Source: Candidatus Marinacidobacterales bacterium
GTDB lineage: Bacteria; Acidobacteriota; Vicinamibacteria; Marinacidobacterales; SMYC01
DNA: 64,000 nt
NCBI GenBank assembly: GCA_965237955.1
Contig: OZ250169.1
Location: 3,200,001-3,264,000, forward strand
Direction: 5' to 3'
Each line of letters starts with the position of its first letter. Position 1 is the first letter of the stretch. The notes below the pieces were generated by a model. The model was given only the letters and a program-made list of their open reading frames with translations. It was not told the origin of the DNA and did not search any database. Position numbers and translations under genes: made by a program. This document shows, piece by piece, positions 53,084 through 63,260 of the stretch.

Positions 53084-54487
53084 ATGAGCTGCGTTGCCAC
53101 ACCAAACCCTCTACTGACCAGGGAGCTCGAGCGCGCGACGGATCGGATGACCGGAACCCGGATCCGCGATGGCAATCAGGTCACCCTCATGGAAAGTGGC
53201 ACCGAGTCTTACGACATGCGCTGGGACCTGCTGGAAAATGCCAAGCACACGATCCACATCGTGACCTTCTCCGTCATGCGGGACGATGTCAGCAGGCGCC
53301 TTCGTGACGTGTTGAAGCGGAAGTTGGCGCAAGGTGTTGCCGTCCGTTTCATTCTCGACGACCTCGTTCTCTACACGACTTTCAGTATGGGTATCATCGA
53401 AGAGATGGAGCAGGCCGGGGTTGAGCTCGTTCGATACAACAAGCTGTTCGAGAATCTCTTGCCCGAGTGGGGGACTGGCCGCCCGATTCACAAATTCGTT
53501 CGCGCCGTGAAAATCAAGCAGAAGCGACGGTTTCACGAGAAGTACATCATCGTGGACGGGCGCGACCTGGTGCTCGGTGGCATGAACTGGGGCGGCAAGT
53601 ATGCATTCGGCGGGGTGAAACCGAAGTCCTGGCGTGACACCGACGTTCATGTGACCGGACCCGTGGTCGCGGACGTGCAACGACAGTTCATCCGGGACTT
53701 CTTCCTGTACTCCGTCATGAACCGGGACGGGCGACGCCGCCCGCCTGGTGTGACCTGGGACTCACACGTTCGGCAAGCCATCGAAGACGAAGCAAAATTC
53801 ATCGAGCGGGAGGGCGAAGCCATCTTTCCCGCAACGGAGCACAGGGGCGAGGCGCGCATCCGCTATCTCCCGCACAAGCCCTACGACGAAAGTCGACTCC
53901 GCATCACGGACGCTTTGCTCCTCACATTCAGCCGCGCGCAGAAATCTATCTTCTGGGGCTGCCACGGCATCCGCCCTCCCCGCGTGGTCGCGGAAACCCT
54001 GGCCGCGGCCGCGGAAAGGGGAGTGGATGTACGACTCATCACCAACAACAGGAAAGCCGCGCGCACCCTGGTGGCATTCGGTCTGCTGGGATGGATGTAC
54101 TGGGAGAGCAGCAACCACTACCGATGGCTTCTCGATCGAGGGATCCGCATCTTCGAATGGCAAAAGCCAGGCGCATTCCACTCCAAAGCTCTAGTCATCG
54201 ACGACGTGATCGCGTCCGTGGGATCTTACAACATTTCTCGGGGATCGACCTTTCACCATACAGAGAGCAACGTCGTCGTCTATGAAGAACGGTTCGCTCG
54301 CGAGCTCTCGAATCAGTTCGAAAAGGATTTCGATGACTGCATCGAGTTGAAACTGAGTGACGCGAAAGAGCCTTACTACGACCCGTACCAACGAGTGCTG
54401 CACGAACGCAATTTGCTCGTGGACCGGTCGCTGCAAACGGAGGCGATTCGCGAGGAGCTCGATGCGGGAAACTACAAACGAATGTGA
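53084..54487 (+). CDS. Phospholipase D-superfamily enzyme with two HKD motifs (cardiolipin-synthase-like, no N-terminal TMs)
   Basis: HEKYIIVD...GGMN, WRDTDVHVTGP, HSKALVID...VGSYN. Confidence 0.9.
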   Translation: MSCVATPNPLLTRELERATDRMTGTRIRDGNQVTLMESGTESYDMRWDLLENAKHTIHIVTFSVMRDDVSRRLRDVLKRKLAQGVAVRFILDDLVLYTTFSMGIIEEMEQAGVELVRYNKLFENLLPEWGTGRPIHKFVRAVKIKQKRRFHEKYIIVDGRDLVLGGMNWGGKYAFGGVKPKSWRDTDVHVTGPVVADVQRQFIRDFFLYSVMNRDGRRRPPGVTWDSHVRQAIEDEAKFIEREGEAIFPATEHRGEARIRYLPHKPYDESRLRITDALLLTFSRAQKSIFWGCHGIRPPRVVAETLAAAAERGVDVRLITNNRKAARTLVAFGLLGWMYWESSNHYRWLLDRGIRIFEWQKPGAFHSKALVIDDVIASVGSYNISRGSTFHHTESNVVVYEERFARELSNQFEKDFDDCIELKLSDAKEPYYDPYQRVLHERNLLVDRSLQTEAIREELDAGNYKRM

Positions 54488-54527
54488 AGCATTGCAGGAG
54501 ACAAAGACCCTTCCAGGAGGCAACAAA

Positions 54528-55445
54528 ATGAGCTCATTGGCCGGACCGTTCGACGACATGTATCGGGCGCTCGTCTTCTTCTCGGGCGACATCCGGAGAC
54601 TGCACGCATTTCCCTGGTTCACCTGGTCGAAGCACGAGCATGCGGTGACGCATCGGGAGGTGCTCAAAGCGCTTCCAAGTATTCAGTTTGGGGATGTTGG
54701 CTTGCACCGCGACTGGGGCTACTTGTCCAACGTGGCGATCCCTGGTTTCATGAAACATGCCTGGATCCACGTCCAGGATGGCAGTGTCGAGCCCGAGATC
54801 GTGGAAGCGATCAGTGAGGGTGTCATCCGACGAAGCCCCGTCTATCCCATGCATTCGGACTACGCCATCATTCTCACGCCGAGCGATGAGGCCAACGTCA
54901 CCGACGAAGAGCGAAAAGGCGCATGTCTGAAAGCCAAGCAAATCGTAGGTGAAGAGTATGATCATCGTTTCGAGTTCGATATCGAAGCGGAGCTCGCTTT
55001 CTACCAGGGGCATGACAGGGACGAAGCGTGTCAGCACTTGCAGGAAGGAAACACCTGGCTGCGCGCCTATGACCACGCCTTTAGCTGCACGGAAGCCGTG
55101 AGCTATGCCTGGTGGCATCGACGCAAGGCGCTCGGCATCCGACGTACGCGGCGCTTCCGAAAATCGATCATCCTTGCCGATACGTTCCTCAACCGCGGCT
55201 GGAAGATCAAGTGGGCTAGTCCCCTGGATCTTTGATTACTATACAAAGTTAGGCTTTTCGCCAGCCCATAAGATTCATAAGATTCATGCACTTAGAAGGG
55301 TTTCGGCAAGCTCTGCTTTATCTAGTTTGTTCTGATACAGGGGACTAGCAGAAGCGTGACCACCGACGATGCGCGCAAGTATGGGCTCGGTGACGAGGGA
55401 ATCTCGCTCATCGAAGACTACCGGAAGAGCGCAGAAAAATACTGA
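54528..55445 (+). pseudogene. Permuted papain-like NlpC/P60 (YaeF/YiiX-type) enzyme interrupted by a MITE
   Basis: GD...IPG..KHAWI...EA.SEGV...VG.EYD.RF...SCTEAV..A (His before Cys). AGGAGG RBS. Excising the MITE gives a 262-aa ORF. Confidence 0.8.
55216..55348. mobile_element. 125-bp MITE, copy 2, with CTAG duplication
   Basis: Core 55220-55344 with CTAG on both sides, inside a coding frame. Confidence 0.93.
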
Positions 55446-55473
55446 CGCGGCTACCTACTACAAGTAAGCGCGG

Positions 55474-55593
55474 TGTAGCGCGCTCCACGACAGTTCCCCT
55501 CCCTTCCGCTCATTGAAGATGCCGCGTATGTACCCGCTATCAAACGAAAAGTCGTTCGATGCACTCCTCGTCGCCGATGGCAGCTTTCTTGCA
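55474..55593 (+). promoter_or_regulatory. Putative enhancer site plus sigma-54 promoter of the second unit
   Basis: TGTAG-N9-CGACA at 55474-55492 and TGGCAGCTTTCTTGCA at 55578-55593. Confidence 0.72.
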
Positions 55594-55677
55594 AAGTGCT
55601 TCATCAGCGAGGGGTGAGCGGGAATCTGGTCGCGGACCGGGAGCGCATCCCTCGAAACTCAGAAAGGGAGAAGACAC

Positions 55678-56047
55678 ATGGCTAAAGGAAAAAGAGAAGG
55701 CAAGGGGAAACCCATCACATCCCGCGCGGAGCTCGGTGGCGATCTGAATCTCGCTGAAGCCGTCAAGCTGCAGCCGGCCTGGATGCAGCGCGAGCTCAAG
55801 GCAATTTCGGAAATACGAAAGCAAAGTACTCGCAGCGTTGAAAGACGAGGCCAATGCAGAGCTTTTCGCCCGGGATCCCGGCACGCTTTTGAGCCAGCTC
55901 GAGATACCGATGTCGGGATCTTTCCGCCAACGCCTGCGTAGTGACGTCTCGTTGGCCGAGCTCAAGAAGAAGCACTGTTTCGAGCTTCCCAATGGACAAG
56001 TCATCGCACCCAATATCCGGATTCGCTTCACCAAAGAGGAGGACTAG
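55678..56047 (+). CDS. Hypothetical ~122-aa protein (one-base frameshift at ~55810)
   Basis: GGGAG RBS. Removing one base from TCGGAAATAC joins ...ELKAIS to YESKVLAALKDEANAELFARDP...TKEED*. The stop is 3 bp before the next ATG. Confidence 0.65.
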
Positions 56048-56050
56048 CTT

Positions 56051-58494
56051 ATGGCAGGCACACAAACAGCCGGATTCGATCTGGTCATGCAGTTTTCCGA
56101 GGAAGCCTATCGTGAGCTCTTGGGGGTCTTCTTCGACGAGAGTGACATTTTCGGTTCCATCGTGGATCTGATTCCAGGCGTGGATGCCGACGAGTTCACC
56201 ATCGACGTGTCTCTGGATCGTCCGACAGACGTTACCCTGCCGGCAACCGCGGAGAATCCGCTGGACATCCAGTTGGGTATCGGTGAAGGGGGTAGCCTCG
56301 CTTCCCTGCGCATGATCGTGGGTATGAACGTGGACCGGAACGATGCGGACAGGGACAAAGTCCAAATCGATTTCGCGAACAGCATCTATGACGCCTCCGT
56401 GACCATCGGTTCGACGAACATACCGATACCGAATCTCGAAGATCGCCTCTCGGACATCATTCCGACGGTGCCCGTTCTCCCGGTGCCGGTCGACCGCACC
56501 TCCACGAGCCCAACGCAAATCACCCGCGTCGATTTCAAGATTGTCGACGACCCGTCGCCGGCCGATCGGGATGCCACGGCTGCCATGTTTACTTTCGGTG
56601 GCGGTTCACCGGGCGACAGCGACGCTCTCCAAAGATTCGTTCCCGACGGGGGTCGGGGTGGCATCGGCATCTTCTTCGAGTGGCTCTGCCGCATGGCGGT
56701 ACCCCGGCTTGAGAGCGCTCTGGATCTGCCCGCGGGCTCCTTCGATATCAGTGCCGACCGTTGCGCCCTCAACCGATCCTTCACGGTGGACGAAGACGAG
56801 GACGTGGTGATGACCAGCCTCGTTCTGAGCCTCGCCGACGGTTTCATCGATGTCTCCGCCCGGGTCGAGAAGAGCGGATTCTGCTACGAAGCTTCGGGCA
56901 ACGTGGGCGCGCGGCTGCGGTTGGCGGTGACCGGCGGTCGACTGCAGGCCTCGGTCGAGATCGATGATCCGGACGTCGACGTGGACATTCCTTGGTATTG
57001 CTGGCTCGCCGGTGCCGTGGTGGGAGCCGTCATCGGTGGTGTGCTCCTCGGCGTCATCGGCGCCATCGTCGGCGGAATCCTCGTACCTCTCATCACTTAT
57101 CTCGCCACGGAGGTAATCGAAGGAACGATCGAGGAGGTAGCCGGAAGAATCTCGGATGCGATCAACGATGCCGTGCCCGACCTGGACGTCCCCGCGTTCG
57201 GGATCAACATCCTGTTCGATGAAGTTTTCATCGACGATGTGGTGCTCCGGGCCCAGCTGGAGGTCGAATCTCACGCGCCGGTCCGCACGCAGGGAACCGT
57301 CACCTTGCACAACAATCGTGGCTTCGATCTGGACACGGGCAAAGTGCTGCCGTCAGGAACGCCGGAAGCAGACTTGCGCTGGGTCGGTCATCGTGCGCGG
57401 CGCAAGCTCCAGACCGGATGCCAGGCGGCTTTGGCTCGAACGGGAACGACCAACTTCTCTGGTCTCGCGCGCTACGAGCTTTACGCGTTCGGATACGCAA
57501 CGCCCACGGCGGTGCGGTTGTGGGAGCTCGGTCTGGAAAATCCTCTCGGCTTTCTCTTCGGGGATGATTTCATCGAGTTCCGTCGCGTCTATGCGATGCG
57601 CACCAACGAAGGTCGATACGCCGTCGTTCAAATCATCGACATTGAGGACGGCCATATACGTCTGCGCTACAAACGTTCGAGCGCCGCGTTCTTTCCGTGA
57701 ACATCACCGGCGACTTCAAGTGCGTGAAGGCATTCGTGCCTCCGAAGGAGGCAGTCGTTGCTTTTGTGCCCGGACTAGTCGCTAGCAGCGTGGTTGGCAG
57801 TGAGCTGTTCCGTCCCGAGCTTTCCGCGGCAGCGACGATAGCGACGGCTTCCTCAACGAGTGCGCGTTTGCCCGCCGCATCGCTTGCAGCGCGCATGACG
57901 TCGGCGGCCTTCGCGGCGGCTCATGCAGATGACGACTGCGCTGAAGGCACTCCAACGACTTCAGCGGGCTCGACCGGCTCGAGCAGTCCAGACATCACCG
58001 TGCGCAGCCAGAGGCTGCCCGATTGTGGTCGCAAGACTGCGATTCCGGCGCCGCACGACGGTCGCTGGGTGGCTCGCTTTCCTGCCAGGCAAATGGCACA
58101 GGCGCGACTCGAGGCGGTGACGTCCGGAACCATCGGCGAAGTGGAGTATGTCTGGCTCATCGGCGGAGAGAGACTGGAAGGAAATGCTGGATCGCGCGCG
58201 GTGGGAGGCGTCGACGTTTCCTACCGTGTCAGTGGGCCGCGATTGATCCTGACGGTTCCCGATACCGCGGAAATCGAGCTGTTCGTCAAAGTGCAAGTGA
58301 TCGACAAGCTCGGTTGCTCGGCGAGTGCGTCGAAATGCGTCCACCATGACGGGCGCTGCCCCATCAAAGTTCGCTACATTCCGGGATGGAAGCAGTTCAT
58401 GGCAGTGCAAGCGGTCCCGGTAGCGAGCCTGGCAAGCGTCACCCTGGCAAGCGCATCGATGTCGGAGCCGGTTCTGTACGCCTCCGTCGAATAA
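56051..58494 (+). CDS. Large hypothetical protein (~810 aa; frameshift at ~57672) with beta-rich N-domain, Gly-rich hydrophobic hairpin and C-terminal beta domains
   Basis: GAGGAGG RBS. Adding one A at TACAAACG gives YKTFERRVLSVNITGDFKC, fusing ORFs 56051-57700 and 57697-58494. Confidence 0.7.
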
Positions 58495-58553
58495 ACGGCG
58501 TTTCGTGACTCAGGGGAGGCCACTCGTGTGGCCCCCCTTACTTCGCCAGCACA

Positions 58554-58660
58554 TGTAGTTGGCGGCGCTACACATCGAGACCCGCCCGTCAAAACAAAGT
58601 CGCTTTCTTTCACACAGTTGCGCCGGATATACCGTCGCAAGACCTGGCACGAGTCCTGCT
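58554..58660 (+). promoter_or_regulatory. Putative enhancer site plus sigma-54 promoter of the KAP gene
   Basis: TGTAG-N9-CTACA at 58554-58572, TGGCACGAGTCCTGCT at 58645-58660, then GAGGAGG RBS and ATG at 58686. Confidence 0.72.
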
Positions 58661-58685
58661 TATCTCTGCCTTCGAGGAGGGTCGC

Positions 58686-61600
58686 ATGTCAGCTAAACCC
58701 GGGAAGGCGTCACACCGCAGCGAGGCTCATGCCCCCTCGCGCTATCGGGGGCTCTCGCTCCGACGAGCCTTGTTCGTCACGGGGTTCATGCTCATGGCGG
58801 CGAGCACCTGGTTCGCATTCCGGCAAGCTCCCCGTGCGAGCATCGACCAGCCCCCTACGCTCATCGAGTGGTTCCGCAGTCCCGTCGAGACGAACGCCTT
58901 TCGCCGGCTACCGCTCATCGAGGGCGATCTTCGCAGTGTCCATGCACTTCCAGACACTCACACCGCGTGGATCGTCGGACCGGACGAGCTCATTCTGCGC
59001 ACGAGCGACGGTGGCCGGAGCTGGGAGCGGCAACCTATCCTCGCGGAAGGCTCATCGCCGGCAGAGCGCGCGTCGCTACACTCTGTTTCCGGTGGTCCAC
59101 GCGGGGGAGCCCCAAAAGATTCCGATGGGTGTTGTGGTTGGGATGTGCCTGGACGAGGCGGGAGCGATCTTGCCTGGAGTCGCCATCGTTCTCCGGGATT
59201 TGAGCACAGAAGAAACGATTCGCGGCGAATCCGATGAGCAGGGCTACTTCGCCGTTCCCATACCCATTGGCGCCTACATGTTCACGGCCGGACTTCCTGG
59301 ATTCCGCCCGATCAACATCGAGGTTCAGCTCGTGGAGGACGAAAGCGAATGGAACATGGGGAAGCTGGTCTTCGAGGTCGACGCGGCCTCGAAGTTCGAG
59401 CAAGCGAAACGACCCGTTCTGCAACTTCCGAAGCTTCGCGTGGTCGCACCTGACAAAATCAAGCCAGCTCCGGTCGAATCGGAGCCCGAGCCTGCCGCTA
59501 CGCCGCCGTCCCCACCCGAGGGTCCGTCCGAACTTCACGCGGTGCAGTTCATCGACGCTGAGGTGGGCTGGGCAGTGGGCTCGGCTGGAACGGTCCTTTC
59601 CACATCGAACGGTGGCGCGAGCTGGGCTCGCCGCGATCCGGGCGTTCCGGACAGCCTGGTCGCACTTCACTTCATCGACGCGAGCCGGGGCTGGGTGGCG
59701 AGCGATGAAGGAAGCATCCTGTTCACGGAAACCGGCGGCCGCACGTGGCAATCGCAACACGCCGGAGCGGAAGGGCTCCGCGGCATCGAGTTCGCCGACG
59801 AGGAAACCGGCTGGGCCCTCACCTATCCGACCGCGGGTCTGCTCATCACCGTAGACGGTGGAGCAAACTGGGTGCGAGTGGCGCTACCGGAAGAAAGCGA
59901 GATAGCGTCGTTCGATTTCGTGGACGGGAACCACGGTTGGGCTGTGGGGGCGAGCGGTGCCATCCTCGTGACGCAGGATACGGGCATGAGTTGGGAGCCC
60001 CAGCAAAGCGGAACCGGCTCTGATTTGCTCGACGTCCACTTTCGCAACACGGGTGATGGCTGGGCCGTCGGACGAAACGGCACGATTCTCGTCACCGAGG
60101 ATGGCGGTCGACAGTGGCGAGCTGCACCGACACCTTCGGTCAAAACGCTGCGATCCATCCACTTCGCGAACGCATCGGTCGGGTGGGCCGTGGGCCGCGA
60201 CCTCGTGCTGCGAACAGCGGACGGTGGTGAAACGTGGCACCGGCAGGCGAGGGTTCGCGAAACCGACGCGCACTGGTTCTTCTTTCCCGAACCAACCCTG
60301 GGTTTCGTTACCGGCTCGCGTGGGGAGATTCTCACGACCGACGACGGCGGGACGACCTGGCGCAGCGGAGGCGAGTCGCTCGACCACATCCGCGCCATCG
60401 ACTTCACAAGCGCAGACAGCTGGTGGGCGCTCGCAGGCAATATGGCGGAAGAGATGCTGCTCAAGCACAGCGCCGATTTCGGAAAAAGCTGGCAAATCGA
60501 AACAACAGCGGATGCCGGCCAGACGGCCAGATTCGCGGATCTGCATTTTCTCGACGAGACAAAGGGGTTCGCTTTGTTTCGCAACGAGCTTTTTCAAACG
60601 GAGGATGGAGGTAAAACCTGGTACCGGAACACCAGTTTGAAAAGCGGGGACGAGCTGGTCGCCATCGGTTTCACGGATGACTCCCATGGATGGGTCGTTT
60701 GCGCTCGAGGCGATGTCTACGCCAGCGAGGACAGCGGCGCGAGCTGGAGCCCGCGCGCCGTCGCCGATGCCCGAAATGTCTGGAAAGCGCAGTTCGCCGA
60801 TGCCGAGAACGGATGCTTGCTCGAAGACGCCGGTACTGGCGGCTCCGTGATTCACTGTACGCGTGATGGCGGCGTCAACTGGGTTCATTTGCCCAGTAAG
60901 GTCGAGCTCCATTCCATTTTCGTGGAAGCCGGCGCTAGACGCTGGGCTGCGGGCGCAAACGGCACCATTTTGGTCAGCCGTGACGGGGGCACGAGCTGGA
61001 CGCCGAGCTCGAGCGGCGTCGAGCAGGATTTGACGTCCATCCATTTCGTGGACCAAAGCCTGGGTTTCGCCGCCGGGCTCGACAACACGTTTCTTACGAC
61101 GCGAGATGGCGGCGAGAGCTGGGAGGATGCGGCACCGTACCAACGTGCTCCGGCCCCTTGGTTCTATGTGAGTCTCCTGGCCGCGGGCATTTTGTTTTTC
61201 GCTCCCGCGTTCAAAAAACCTGCGCCGGCGGCTCCGCTTAAAAGCTCGGTCGCCGACGTATTCGTGTCCGACAAGCCCATAGAGTCAGCATCTGCGGATC
61301 GGCTTCGGTTCAACGAGCTCGCGGGCGGTCTGTTTCGTTTTCTCCGTAACGAGAACACGACGCCGCCCATGACGATCGCCATCACCGGAGCGTGGGGTAT
61401 GGGGAAGAGCTCTTTGATGAACCTCTTGCGCTCCCGGCTGCAGCATTTCGGCTTCAGGCCCGTCTGGTTCAACGCCTGGCATCACCAGAAGGGAAATCAG
61501 CTTCTCGCAGGGCTTCTCGAGAACATTCGCTTGCAGGCGGTTCCCACGTGGTGGCGTCCGGACGGTCTGGCGTTTCGGATGCGACTTCTCTTCATCCGGG

Positions 61601-63102
61601 GCTGGCGCCACTGCCTGCCCGTCATTCTCATGCTGCTCGTCTTCTCGGTTTCGGCCGGCTACATCCTGGCCCATGGACCCCATGAAGTCCAAAACGACGT
61701 ACGGACCCTTATCGCTGGCCTAGTGGCGATCTTCTCCACTTCTTCGGCGCCGGCAGACGCGACGCGCTCTCACTTTCTCCCTTTCCTCATCTCTAGCCTG
61801 ACGCTTCTGGCCTCGACCTGGAAAGGTGTGACTGCTTTCAGCGGCGCACCGGGAAAGCTGGTGGCGAGTTTGACGGCGGGCCTGCGCATGAAGGATGTAA
61901 AAGCCGCGCACGGTTTTCGACACCAATTCGCACAAGAGTTCCGAGATGTGACCCAGGCATTTGCACCGCGACGCATGGCGATCTTCATCGATGACCTCGA
62001 TCGCTGCGCCCCTGAAAACGTGCTCGAGGCGCTCGAAGCCGTGAACTTCCTGGTGTCCTCCGGAGATTGTTTCGTCATCCTTGGCATGGCGATGGAACAG
62101 GTCGAGCACTGCGTAGGCGTGGCTCTGGAGAAAACGGGCCAGACACCCGAAAAGACCGACCGAACGGAGTCGAAGGGCGAAGGCGGATACGCTCGCTTCT
62201 ACATGGAGAAGCTCATCAATATCGAAGTAGCCGTCCCCACGCTGACGAGCGAGCAGTCCAGCGTGTTGCTCACACCGGAGCAACCGAGCGGTGAGAAGCG
62301 AGGCGGCATGGTGCGGTCGTCTTTGCTCACACCAGCCGTGCGCCGGTGGGTCCCGGCGCTCACACTCTTCGCAGTCACCGCCGTGGGATTCTGATGGGGC
62401 ACGACGCACGAAGCTCCCGAGCCGGTCACCGTCACCTCCTCAGCCATCCCAACGCGCGATCCCAGTCCCGTGGTCGAGCCGCCACCATCGACCCCGCCGA
62501 CAGGAGGTTCCGGCCTCGATTTCAAGATAGTTCGTCCGGCAAGTTTTCTCCCTGGAGCGGAGGCTCAGAACATTCCCTGGCGCTACTTTCTGTCCGGCGC
62601 TATCGTGCTGCTAGCGTTCGGCGTCTGGAAGCTCTCCCAGCCGCCCGACATTATTATTAAAGATTCCCCCACTTTTGCAGCTGCACTTCGCTTCTGGAGG
62701 CCGCTCGTCTACGCCAGCCGTCAGACGCCGCGCGGCATCAAGCGATACCTCAACCGGGTACGCTACTACGAGATGCTGCAGCGTCCCGCGAGCGCCTTCG
62801 CGTCCAGGTGGGGGCAGCTCCTGCACTGGTTGACCGGCCCGTCCGATGTCACCGAAGGGGATGCGATTCCCGAAGACGTTCTCGTGGCGCTGGCGGCGGT
62901 TGAGCTCATTCGACCGCAAGGCCTGCGCGACGAGCTTCTATGGACGGACTTCAGTGCGTTCCTGAGAAAGGAAATGGGCCCGGAGGCACCACTCCCGCAC
63001 GCCATCGACGACCACCTCGAGCGGATTGTGGCGAGCTGGCCATCACTGGGTCACTACCGCGACGCTTTCTTGAAGCTCACCTCGGGCGTCCGCATGGGTT
63101 GA
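58686..63102 (+). CDS. Membrane protein fusing YCF48-like (Asp-box) beta-propellers to a KAP-family P-loop NTPase; frameshift ~59075 and in-frame TGA at 62392
   Basis: N-terminal TM, more than 10 GWAVG..G.IL.T.DGG.W repeats, a TM, Walker A GAWGMGKS, FNAW, two inserted TMs, Walker B IFIDDLDRC, YMEKLI, and TPRGIKRYLN after the stop in the same frame. Confidence 0.85.
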
Positions 63103-63260
63103 GCGCGGGTTCGAGCGAGAGGGTGCTTCCGTCAAAAAGTGTTGGTGTAATGAATTAAGTCTTTATGGTGCAACAAACTTACAGTCAAATTGGGCCCCGT
63201 CGACTTCGGTTCGCATTGAAGTCGGCGTAAGCGCTCTGTTTGCAAGGGAATGCGTACACA

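Noticed and set aside
53084-54487. clsA gene symbol
   Set aside because: It lacks the N-terminal TM/PLDc_N region and sits in a non-housekeeping context.
62392-62394. Programmed readthrough or selenocysteine at the in-frame TGA of the KAP gene
   Set aside because: It lies at the end of a TM helix (F-stop-W-G), where TGG>TGA is the simpler explanation, and no SECIS-like hairpin was recognised.
453-62409. Numerous long antisense/overlapping ORFs (e.g. 3162-4499, 14580-16145, 33381-34388, 59884-61143)
   Set aside because: They are shadow frames of GC-rich genes on the opposite strand, with no motifs of their own.
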